A stretch of 59,600 bases of DNA, the filler included, from Streblomastix strix (Eukaryota): assembly GCA_008636045.1 (NCBI GenBank). It is 3 parts of 3 records of this genome, joined end to end, with 100 filler letters (N's around TTAATTAATTAA, not from the genome) between each part and the next. Parts side by side here need not be neighbours in the genome. Positions count along the whole stretch, not along the records: positions 39,811 to 59,600 come from SNRW01000487.1; 2 more parts are not named here. One strand, given 5' to 3'. A program made the position numbers and the translations under genes. Shown here piece by piece: positions 40,697-53,600 of the stretch (position 1 is the first letter of the stretch; each line of letters begins with the position of its first letter). The notes beneath the pieces were generated by a model. The model saw only the letters and a program-made list of their open reading frames with translations, did no database searches and had not been told where the DNA came from.

Positions 40697-43600
40697 ATGT
40701 TGGTTCAAATAATCTTGATCTTGGGGTTATATTTCTCTCGTGAGTAATTAAAACGACTTTAGAATGTTAAATATGATGAAATTTGTTCAATACATGGTCC
40801 TATCATAATATCTGATAAGTGGAGTTGCGAAATACCTGCATTTTCTGTTGTTGAAATCTCACCTGGTGATACAGGGGAAGCTTAAGATAGATTTTCAGTG
40901 TCTTTCTTCAGTTTAAAAGATGAATATGAGAATGGGACTGAGCATGTATTTTCTGCTGTTGGACCTGGTGCACAAGAAGAAAAATTTGAATTATTCAACT
41001 TTCGTTCTATGAAAATTAACTGCATTAACTGCTCTCTACCTACATATAACTCAAAGATCATATTTTATCAGCGCAGTTTCTACAATTGGCCTATCTCACT
41101 TCTTATTGGCTTGTTAATTAGTATTCCTTTTATCGTTTGGTTTGCTTTTTGTTTATTTAATTGTGTGTAATTATTTTATTTATTTCTTCAGGTCGCTTCT
41201 AATCACATCTATCATCAATTTAGGAAAATATATTGTGTTGAGTTCTATCAAGAAAGTTATAATATATGTTATTTTGATTGCTCTTCTCATTTACATGATT
41301 GGAAAACCTTTTATCCAACATCCTATAGTTCAGGAAACGAAATAATCATCTATCGATTATATTGTATAACAATATAATCAGGAAAAGGATAAAATAGTTA
41401 AATACAGTTTACCCTCAATATTATCATAAATTAAAAATTCATTCAAAGATATGATCTTGTGGTATTATAACATCATAAAAGATATTTTATTAGCATTTTT
41501 TCTATCAGAACCAGAATAATCAACATCATAAAAGATTTTATAAATTACGTTTTCCCACAAAAATAAAGAATCAAACTTCAGTAAGAAACCACTATTATTA
41601 CAGATTATTCAACTTATCTATGCAAATATAACTGCATTAATTAAAGAAGGATGGAGACTAATTTGTTGGGTGTTCTCAATAAATGGAACTATTAGATCAG
41701 CATTTCGATGGTTTTAGAGAATTTCAGAGTTGATTTCAGATAATAATTAATAATCCAATAGTGAAACTTAAACTTATCATATTATTGATGAGAATAATAA
41801 ATAAAGTGAACAAAAAACATCTATTTTGTACTCAGCTTTAATATTCATTGGAATTATACTTCTATTTTTTGGGAAACACATATTCAACAGTGGAATTCTC
41901 ATAACTCCTCTTCTTCTCATTGCAGTATTATACACTCATGTTCAGGGAAATTTATTTGCATTTCGTTCTGGTCATGATCTTATTTCAAAAATATCAGAAT
42001 AAATATTAATTGTATCTGAATCAATTAATGATGATAATATTGATGAATAATAAAGTGGATTTATTGAATTATTTGCTTCAGAACTCGATACAACATTCAT
42101 TGTTATAGCATGTATATTCATCATTGCTATATATTTGCTGTTTCATAATGCAGCCTTTCATACTGCATATTCATTAGTGGCACATTTGATCTATTAATTT
42201 TTAAAATGGATTTTTGTACCTGAGATTCCAGCACTAATTATAGACAATCCTGGAATGGAGAAAGATTCAGACACAATTAGATTCCTGAAGAATCAGAAAA
42301 GAAATGAAGAGAATAAAAGAATTGAAAAAGACAAGTAACTCTCATAGATCATTAATCGTGGTCGTATGAGTATTGGATATATGTCTTATATTATACTTAT
42401 CCTTTGCTTCAGTTTGGGTGTATTGATAACTTGGGCTTATGATGAGTAATTATATCAGAGATTAACCATTGCTCGCCCATTGCTTACTTTTTTCAGGAAT
42501 ATTATTAATTTTATTGAATTGTAATTTACTTCTAAAGATCATTAACATTAATTGGAAGAATTGGATAATTTGTCGCATTTAAATAGCAAATTAGATGTAA
42601 TTATGAAATGTGAAGTGCTATTATCAATTATTTTTGCAGTAATATTAATCGCTATTTCATTATTAACTCACATGAATATTATTAAAAACTAATAAATCTA
42701 TCACTCATTAAGTTTGAGAAATAAATCATTAAATAACAATAAACATCATAGAAATATAGGTTATATAATTGATGAAGAATAAGATAATCAGCCAATAATA
42801 GATATACATAAAGCTCTACTTTCTCTCAACACTTCATAATTTCTTATATTCAATATACTTCTTATCTTTATCTTTGGAGATATTAAATATGGACAAAATC
42901 CAAATTTAATATCAAAATCTAGTTCTTAATATTCATATATAGCTAATTCTCCATATCATATTTAGCCATTCTGGATTATATCCTTGTTCTATTCTCCATT
43001 CAAAAATAGTGAAAAGACAATAATAATCTCTCGACTTATAACAGATTTAAATCTATTTATTAACACATCCAATTCCTAAATAGAAGGTCATAAATTAACA
43101 GTTATTTCTTTAACGTCAATTTGTGCAATTGTTTTTATCATTATATCACAAATAAGAAACAAATCAAGCAATAAAATAAGAATATGTGTATTAATTATGC
43201 GTATTGGTGTTATGATTGGAATTGTAATAGCGATGCATGCAACCTATTCAACAAATAACTAATACCCAAATTATTTATATTTTGTACATTAAGGATCTGC
43301 ATATATGACATTTACTTTGGGAAATAAAGAAGATTTTAAGGAAAAACTTGGGTTTGATGATTCATTTTAATCTTTCAATTCACTTTCTGCTACTTTGTCC
43401 TCATATTCTGCAATTTCAGTTTCACTTCTCACTGAAATTGGTCTTTGCTTTGGTGTTATATAATTATCTAGTTGGATATATGATAGAAAAATAATCAATT
43501 ATATTAAAGATCTGAAAGTGTAAAACGGAGAGATAAATGTTGATGAAATTGCAATAGATGAAAATTTCTCATTTCTTGAATCCATCACTCAGATAAATTT

Positions 43601-44093
43601 ACTACCATGTCTTATTACAGCTTTAGTTGGTATTCTCTTATTGTATTTCGGATATTCATACAGATAATAATATAATAATCAGATATATATGAATTAGATT
43701 AATACCCAGAACTAATAAATCAATATATAATGCAAGAATGATTTATATGGTATATTAACAGGATGTAATTCAAGTGGAATAATTAAGATTGATTCTCGAC
43801 AGAATATTACATTGTTGATTCTTTTTGTTACTGGAGTATTAATGCAATGTTTATTGACAATTATTTTGGATTGGATTAGATTTAGACATGAAAAAAAGAA
43901 AATATTTGAATAGAAAAACTCTGAAAATGAAAATAAATAAAGAAAAAATGATAAAATTAATGAATATTAGGAGGAAAACAACCAAAATTATTCATAAATC
44001 TTTAATAAATTTGTAAAAGAAGATGTTAAATGGGAGTATGATGATGCAATAAGCAAGTTTGAAGATGAAACTGTTGACTTATAGCGGAAATGA
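40697..44093 (+). CDS. Unknown polytopic membrane protein (~1,100 aa) with signal-peptide-like N-terminus; one intron (41140-41191)
   Basis: MLVQIILILGLYFS start; uninterrupted code-6 frame with many hydrophobic segments; TGA at 44091-44093. Confidence 0.75.
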
Positions 44094-44329
44094 CACCTTA
44101 AATTATATTCAACATAATATTTATAAGGTGTAAGTTCTAAATAAATAAAAATAAATATTTCAAAAATTATCTCAAAAAGTTTGATATGTTAAATATTGTT
44201 ATATTTTTAATGACCTAAAAAAGTGAAATTGGATGAACGTGAATGTATAAATAGTTTTTTAAATAAAAACTAATCCTAACCCTTATTCATTAAATAACCA
44301 TTCAGCAACTTCTTCCTCTATAATTATCA

Positions 44330-45653
44330 ATTCCATGGTTTCCCCACTCAAGGTGACGTGATCCTTCAACTCCCTTTATAGAAGAAACATTGCAACTTTT
44401 AAAGTGCGTTATTGTAAATGTTGAGTCATGCGCATATGTGAATGCCTATTTATAAGAAATTTAATAATAAAATGAAGAATGTAAAATATTGATGTAAAGG
44501 ATATTATATATGCAAACAAAGAATTTGATCTTAGTAGTAGCACGCTTTTCATAATCCTGTTAATAAATAAAACACAAAATGTTTTTTTTATTTATAAAAT
44601 GAATAAAAATTTTATATTATATTAATAATATGTATTTATATATTTGCAAACAGGACTTAGCATGTTCAATATGAGCTACTTTATCTATTAAGGTATCCAA
44701 GATGGTGATTCTTCATGATCATTTCTCTTAATTCTCTCAATCATTGCTTAATAAACTATGTTTATTTATTAAGGGGTAATGCATTAACAATATATCAGCA
44801 ATATTTATAATAATTAAAAGATTTATTAAACAACTTCGTTCCAGCAGTCGTTGCATAATTTTCGTTTTATATATCCTTTGCAAATATAAAATCACCTTTA
44901 ATTCAAAATATATAATAAATCATTTAAAAATAAATATATTAAATGAAGAAGTATACTCAATCTTACAGATCCATCAGCCATCATAAAGATATTCTCAGGT
45001 TTAATGTCTCTGAAATTATTGTTGATTCAATAATAAATATGAATAAAATAAAGGATAAAATAATACAGAATTAAATATCATTAATAAACCGATGAATAAC
45101 ACATTTAGAATGGAGATTATCAAGTGCTCTGGCCATCTAACCAAAAATAGCCCATACACACTATATATATAATAATAAACTATTTTATGAAAATAAAAAA
45201 AGATTAAACCATCACTCTTTCTTCTTCTGGCAAATTCTAAATATCAAAAATAACTTTTCTCAAATCTCCTTTTTCACAATATTCCATAATCAAGCATAAT
45301 TCTACATTGTGTTGGAATGAACATAATAGACGTATCTTAAAATATATAATAATATAATAACAATAATAATATATATTAAAAATGATTGTTAGAACTATGA
45401 ATGGCGAAGCCAAGCGTCTCATTTGTTCAACTTCAGCATCAGCTCTTGTTTTGTCTTTTTATCTTAGGTAGTCAACCTTCTTCATCACATATAATACTCC
45501 ATTTGATTTCAATTTAACAATATATGTTTTTTCCAAATGCACCACCAGAAAGTTGATCAACAATGTCGTCTAAAAAGAAGGCAGAAGAAGGTAAAAATAT
45601 TTTAATCCTTTGTGTAAATTCAATTTTTACATATAATATTCATATTGATCCAT
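44330..45653 (-). pseudogene. NEK-like protein kinase pseudogene
   Basis: GGAFGK, YVMKKV, LIMEYCEKGDL and IH/RDIKPENIF are present. There is an extra A in the run after GGAFG (45527-45532), DFG reads DFI (~44885), and the APE/DxWSLG subdomains are not found. Confidence 0.8.
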
Positions 45654-46315
45654 TGCAAATGAAGTGTATTTGTTGCTCTGAAAGTAAAAAAAAAAGAATT
45701 GTAAATTTAAGCGATAAAAATATGTTTGAATAAAAATTAAGTCTTTTATGCATCTAGATCATAATTTTATGAATTTGGTCAGAAAATTAAACTATAGATG
45801 ACTAAAATAGCGTTTTTCAAGTGTAAAAACTGGAATTTATTGATATGTTTGAGGGATATTAAGATTTTTGAAGTAAAATGTTAATTCTTCGCTTACAGTT
45901 GCGCATATTGCATATGCATAATATTTTTGATTTAATGAGTACTTTTTACAATAATAATGCAAATTTCAATTTTAAATCAAGCTCTAACAATAATTTGGAA
46001 ATTCTACTCTACCCGCAGCGACTGAATCCTAAATACTCTATTTTTTACAATTATTACTTGACTATGTTAAATAAAAAACCACAATATTTATCTTTATTAC
46101 TCACCCAAACGCAAAACGATCGCTGATAATATTATATCTAAAAATCAGGTTTAACTCCAATACTAGATTGTTGATATCATTAAAATTATAATAATTAAGA
46201 TTTTTTAGGAATATATGAATTAATTTTAACATAATATTATTAAATAATAATTGATTTATCTTTACAAAAACTTTATCTTTGATTGCTATTTTTTTCATGT
46301 ATATTAATTAGCAAT

Positions 46316-46946
46316 ATGTAGCAGTCTTTCTCTTGTGGTATATGCTTTGATGTAGCAAGCAACCCTGTAGTATCACCTTGCGGTCATTTATACTGCTGGA
46401 GGTTTGCATCTTTTATACAAACACTTCTATTTTTATTATACTCCTTAAGGTGTATTTATGAATGGATGCAAAGAGTGGAAACGTGCCCCGTTTGTTAAGC
46501 AAGTTGCAAAAAAGACTCGTTAATACCAATCTATGGAAGGGGAAGAGAAGAATAGACAGAGTCGTGTGATAATTTACTCATTTATTAATATTTTTTCATT
46601 GCTCATCGTTTATTAATACTTACAATTTCCTATTAAATTAAGAGAAGGAATTCCTCAACGTCCGCATGGATAAAGAACTGAAAGAAAGACCAGCATTTAA
46701 AGAATTACAGAATTAACAGCATAAATTGAAAATCACGGTGAATTGCACTATCTCAGTGGAGGAACGCTATCTTTAAATTCATTTGGACTCATAATTAATG
46801 GAAATGATTAACTTGATAGACTGCCAGATGGAGACACAGACGTCTCTAATCATGAAAAATTTACCAGAAACAAAATGCGATTGTCTGAATTTACAGAATT
46901 TTTATTTTTCATACTTGCAATTACTGCTCTATTTCTTATGTCATGA
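46316..46946 (+). CDS. RNF5: RNF5/RNF185/RMA1-like C3HC4 RING E3 ligase with C-terminal membrane anchor; 2 introns
   Basis: FSCGICFD...PVVSPCGHLYCWRCIYEW...CPVC...LIPIYGRG...IPQRPHGQR; hydrophobic C-terminus; TGA at 46944-46946. Confidence 0.88.
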
Positions 46947-47565
46947 AATAATGTATATTTTGTTGAATTGAAAAAATGCATTGATAAACAATAAATAATT
47001 GTTGAATTGAAATAATTTATCTGTTGATATTACACAAGGATTTATCCATCAATATTTAAGGTATATCTATTTAATGTTATTTAATATCTTTAAAGTGACA
47101 GTTTTGGCTTACATGCGATAAAGAAATCGATTTTCAATAAAAATAGAACAATCTTTACTTTTCACGCTATTTCTTAATTTTATAAATAATTTATGTATAA
47201 TTTAAATTTAAAATATACAGACAATAATTTTCACACAAAAAACACCCAAATTTTTATCCAAACCCAACAGCTATTATTTTTTTTTGTAACAAAACGCTTT
47301 TAGCACACGTTCTAATAAATATTGGGTATACAAAAATCTAATTTTTTTTATTCGCATATTAATACTTATCACTAAATGCAAATTTAATCCCACAAATTCC
47401 TGAATATGCCATTACAGAGCAAATTCAAATAATTTAATAAAATGATCTGCTACGTTAGACATTTGTTTTTTTGCACTTGATTGTTTTAAGAATTATACTT
47501 TTATATATACTATCTTTAATTTTAATTATATTTTATATTTTACTTTTAATAGAACGACCACCATA

Positions 47566-49930
47566 ATGAAGTTTGCAAATTTTTTTTTTATGTTTTTAAA
47601 ACAAATTTCAATTATTACTATCAAAAAGTGACTTGATTGATGGTGAAAAGGTTGTTTTAGATGATGTAGATCGCATTGCTGTATTAAAATTTGTTAAGAC
47701 ATCCATGTTCTTGCGTGATTTTCGATCAACACTGACAGTATTACTTTTCGTTATTTTCTTCATTTTATTTATTATTCCATATTTCATCTTGTTTCAAAGT
47801 CTGGAGGTCTTATTTTCTCACCAAAAGAGATTGCATTTGAGTCTGTGCATTGTGACTCGCTTCATTCCATTAATGTTATTATGCTTATGCAATCTGGCGC
47901 ATTGGAAAGCAATTATATTAATGTTTATCCTTGTGAAAACCCATGTGTTCAAATAACTGAGGTTTGTTCCAATTATTTAAACTTATTCATTTTATTTCTT
48001 ATTAATTGACATATATCTTCCAGCCTGAGTTTGTATAGAATGTTATTGTTATTAAAGTGTTTCTATTTGCAAATACTCCTGGAAGAATTAATACACGAAT
48101 TATGATACGGACAAAGAAATAAAACATCGCAATTGCTGTTACAGCTGGTTTGTTATTAATTATCATCATACTTTACACATACATATGTATTTACTTTCTT
48201 ATTTCAATATGTTTATTCAGAAATACCAACCAGGTAGCGGCACAGTTAATAATATAGAGAATAATCTGAGATTAATAAAGGAGTGATAATCAAGCCATAA
48301 TATGTAGGTATTCTGGATGAGAATGATTCATGGGTGTAGAGTATGGGTGCAAGTACTGTCTCATTTCATATTAACCTGATCTCGCAATAACATGAACAGG
48401 AATAGTACAGATAACCATTTCATCTTTCGCTCTCACCAATTGTAGAACATAAATCCACTTCAATATTACTGTATAGTTCAAGTGTGAACACGCCTCGTAA
48501 GAAGACTTGTAGTAAATAATAATCAATATAATAATAATCCACTTCACATATAAAGAGTACATTGTCACCTAATGCTTCTTATTCACCAATGAAAGGATAG
48601 GAAATCAATACACTACAAGGACATGCTGGAACAATGAGTGCAACAATACTGAATAAGCTTCTTAATGCTCTGTAACCAACATCATATGTTCTATTTGATG
48701 CCAATGATCAAGTAGTTTCATAAGGAAGAGAATAAGAGATTAAACATAAATTGGAGAAAGTTGGAATAAAGAAAGGAGAAAAGAAGATTAAGAATGTTGA
48801 TAAAGAGAAATAAGATAATATAGAACAATAATAATAGATATCGAGTGCAATATAATCTCCTCAACATTCAGAAGTAGAAGATGAAGTAGAAGACTAAGAT
48901 GATTTACTACGCAATTTAATGAGTAAAGGATATGTAATTACTCCAAGAAGCAAAGCTGAAGGTTTGAAATATTAAAAATATCTTCAGAATACTCCAATTA
49001 AATAAATAAATAAAATAGAATTGATAAAAGATAAATAAAATGTAGGATTAAAGTCTCCTGATAAAATTAGAATTGCTTAAAATGAAGATGAATTAGATTA
49101 AGGTGATAGAATTTAGATTGAAAAGGGCATTAATTATGAATAACAATAAAAAATAGATAAATAATCTCCTGATTAAACATCAAAAATAAGAAGGAATATT
49201 CCTCTGTTGTAAGTATCTAGAATCTTAGATCCATAATTATAAAGATTAGATGAACAATTTGGAGTAAGACCAAAAAGAAATAAACAGCAGAATGTTTAAA
49301 CACAGAGGACTTACTCTCCTAAGAAACCAAACCCATAAAACAGGATATTCTCATAACTGATGTCACCAACATACTATACACCCAGACCCAAGTAGTTTGA
49401 TAGACTGAAGAAGGAGAATAACAGATTCAAAGATAAGGAGAAGCATTAAATAAAAGAAGAAGGATAGGAATAGTAAATGTAGAGTAAAGGAGTTGGAAGA
49501 ACGAAGATACCGAATAAATTCTCTAATTCGTTTGATGAGTACCAGAACCAGAAGACAAAAGCAACTAAAGAGGAAAAAGAATAAATTCCTGGGCTGCCAC
49601 TTCACCCGAGAAGTAACTCACATGGTAAGGCAGAGGCTAAGAAGGCTTCTGAAGCTGAGAAATCGGCCTTTGTCTTGTTTGAGCAGAGCCACTACTTTGA
49701 TATGAATGAAGAATCACTCAACAGAATCGCTGAGAGTGTTGTCGGTTGGCAGGATTATGAATCTGTTGTTGGATTGTTGGATGATCAGGTATACTAATAA
49801 ATAGTATTATATTACATAAATTAACTATTATTTATTCATTAATATTACATTCGCTCTTCTTTTTATTAACCAGATCGATAATGCGTATCACTTCAACTTA
49901 TAATTAATAGTTAAAAAGTTTCTTATTTGA
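47566..49930 (+). CDS. Unknown protein; beta-rich N-terminal domain (possibly ASH/MSP-like) plus low-complexity tail; 5 introns
   Basis: Consistent GT-AG exon phasing. LIFSPKEIAFESV...IAIAVTAE has an Ig-like pattern (weak inference). TGA at 49928-49930. Confidence 0.65.
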
Positions 49931-50633
49931 AACTCGTATTCTTTTTTTAATATTAACTGTGTTTCATAATTTTTTATAATCAAGTGTCTTATTTTTGATA
50001 TTAATTATTGTATTTCATAGAATAGTATTTTTATTATTATAATATATTAACACCGATAGCGAATTTAAATAATAATTGATATTACATTGAATTTTTTTAT
50101 TACACATAGTATAAATGCTTGTATAGTTGCCTTGCCTATAAAGATCAATGACGTTCCTATTTATAAGCAGGTCTTCTGACTGTTTTTCTATCACAATTAT
50201 TAATCAAAATTTATTAATAAATCAATACATCGATAAAAACTGAATAAAAATCAAACTTATCACCCATCCAGCAATATTAGTATGATATTTGATATATTAG
50301 TTTAATGAACATACACCAGCCAAATATCAAGTTATAAAACATATTTAATAGACACTTATTCTTGTGGTAAAAAATCAATATCTACGCTCTATAAATATGT
50401 TAAAAGCTATTTAATACAAAAATAAATAAATAAATGTATTATTTTTTAATAATTTTAATCGAAAAATTAAATTTTAATGTATGCATATGCTTACACTATT
50501 ATAAAAATAATTTAAAAATTTAATGTCCATATTTCTTGTGACATAAAATGCTTTAAAATTTAAGAGATAAAAATTTTATTTAAATAATGTCATATTTGTT
50601 AAATTTATAATATTTTTTTTGATTTTACAGATT

Positions 50634-53600
50634 ATGTCAGATCAAAATCATAAATCACATAATAAGTAGCGAGATTCAAGTCCATTACGAGAATTTGAAG
50701 ATAATCAATCACATCATAAAGAAAGGCGTAGATCAAAATAACCGAATAAAGAAGATTTAGGATATGCTTTGCCTAAGAAAAGGCATGATTCCAGTCCACA
50801 AAAATAAGACTGAAGAAGTTAAAGTCCACCAAAAGAAAAAAGTCGTAATTCCAGCCCACGAAAAGAAGACAAGCATAGTCATGAATATAATAGTGATAAA
50901 CGTGAGAGTAGATATGAGAAGTACTACAAGAGCCACAGTCATAATCATAATAATGAAGATAAAAGGGAACATAGACATGAAAGAAGAAGAGATAAAGAAA
51001 AAAGTCATGAGAGAAAGAAAGAATAAAAAGAATAAGATAAAAAGAATGACAATTTGGAGGATAAATAGAAAGATGAAGAAATAAATGATGAAATTAGAGA
51101 TAATAATGAAGGTATTAAAAGTACAAATAAAAAAGAAAATGAAAATAGTAAAGAAACAATAAAAAATAAAAATTTAGAAACAAACGAAATAAACAACGAA
51201 AAATAACCTCTAGTTTCATAATACTGTGACCACATACTAAAATAGTTTAACCAAGAATAAACATTAAATTAAGACCTTCGATAGTCTCTGAATAATAAAA
51301 TCCCATAATGTCCAGCAGATGTAGAGTAACTAAAGAAGATTGTCAAACATGCAGCTGAATAAGAAGGTGAATAAATAAATGGAGCTGCTTTTGAGTATCA
51401 CAGACATTATCATATCCATCATCACTGTGCTAAATAAATGCAGATTGATACTGTGAAGGTAGAATCTAATGCATAAAAGAATAATTTATAGGATTTCTTG
51501 GGATCTCTGGCAGATAGTTCATTTAATAATTAATATAATGCATAATAATAATAACATTAATAATTAAACCAGATACAGTAACAATATAAACCTCCGTTTA
51601 ATTAATAATAATAGCAATCATAGTCCTAATCATTAATTGAATAATCAATATCATAATAATAAGGGACAATGGAATCTTCAATATAATCTCCAATCATTAC
51701 TAGAGTATAGGAGATGTAAGAATTGGGTGGAAGTGAATAAAGGATATAATCAGTTAATAATGATTACTTGAAATTAAACTAAAACTTAAATTAGCATTAG
51801 AATACAAATAATAATTAAATGAATCGATAAAATGTTTAAATGAAGTAAATTAACCAATAATAAGAAACTGAATAACAAAGAGTTGCTCGAATCTAAGCAG
51901 AGATTGAACAAGAAAAATAGAAAATCCAATAAATTATTATTGAAATGGAATAAAAGAGATTAATGCAGAAGTAATATGAGTTAATGAAGGAGAAGGAAAG
52001 AATGAATTAAATTGATAATATTAAGGAATAGAGAAATGAAAAAGAAGAAGAGATATAGAATGAAATTACTAAGTAAAATGAAATGCATATTTATAGGTCA
52101 TAAAATAGAGAATAGATAAATCCAATTACTTCTGTTTCGCCTCCAAATAGAGAAATAATCAGTTCAAATACAAATACAAATACAAATACATATTAAATAA
52201 ATTAATATCCTTTAAATAAGGCAAATGCAATATAATAATAATAATAATATCAGTACTAACAACAATAACTAAATTTATATCCATATCTAACAACATAAGA
52301 ACAAACATATTAAGATAGACAATAATATAAGAAATAACTTTCACCATTTGAATAGATGAGATTGGCATAATCACATCTTATGGACATGAAGAGGATATAA
52401 GATTCTATACTCTAATCTAAGAATAGTATTACTATTAATAATAATAATTCTAATTAAAGAGTATTTACAGAAATTGATAGTAGACAAAAAAGTAAATAAA
52501 ATTAACCTTCATCACCAAATAAATCAAGAATTTAACACAACTAGAAACTAAATACAAATAAAAATGAATTTAAATAATCATTATCTCGTTAATTAACAAA
52601 TAATAACAATAATATTCCATAAACTCAATTAGTTCAGTCTTATTCATTCAATGGTAATAATAATAACAATAATCATCTAAACACATCCATTTCATTTGTG
52701 TATGAAGGAAATAATGATGATTAATAATAGTAATATATTCAGAGAAGCAATAACTATGGATTAAATTTATTAAGCACTTCATAATATCATAATGATTCAT
52801 ATAATAAAAGAAACTAATAAGATAAAAGTAAAAATCAGATATTTCAGTTTGATGATTCATTTCACTCATCTTCTTCATCACCAAAGAAATATCAATAATA
52901 TAATAATAATTAATCATCAAATTCTTCTCTTTCTTCATCATCTAATCTTCCACATCCAATATAATCTTCTTCTTCTTCTTCATCATCTCAGAATACATCT
53001 TTAATTTCATAATCTCAAATTCCACCATCATATATATCATCATAAGCATATTCACTCATTCACTAATAACATGTCATATTGCATGATTAACTGCTTAAAT
53101 ATGCAGAAGATTAAAAGTAGATGTAAGATAAGATTGTTTAATTGTAGAATATGATAGATGAAAAAGGACTGAAATAAAATGAAACAATATAGTAGATTAA
53201 AAAAGATGAAAATTCTAAATTAGAAAGTAATTCTCTTATACATAATTATAAAGATAATTCAGATCAATTGGGAGTTAAGAGTACTCAATTAATAAAACAA
53301 TAAGAGGATGATCATCGATTTGCTGAATCAACTCCTTCTAATAGAATTAAAGATATTAATTTATAGTAATATGTTTATTCTTCGTCGCATTCAAATAATA
53401 ATAAATAAAATAATAATGAGGATAATGACGAAAATAAACAATTAGAATAAAATAAAGATAAAGATGAATATAACAGCAGTCATAAGAGTGCATTTAAATT
53501 ATACAAATTCTCAAATGATGAACAAACACCAGAATCTAAGATTGAATCTGGAAGACTAACATCCCTTATAGAAATTGGATCATTGAGTTTGTCTAGAGAT

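Noticed and set aside
45520..45540. Programmed frameshift at GGA-AAA-AAC in the kinase
   Set aside because: The gene has additional lesions; a homopolymer indel or decay is simpler.
1925..50813. Selenocysteine as the meaning of the internal TGAs
   Set aside because: None of the proteins is a known selenoprotein type, the sites are not Cys/redox motifs, and the short AT-rich 3' regions show no evident SECIS (not formally searched).
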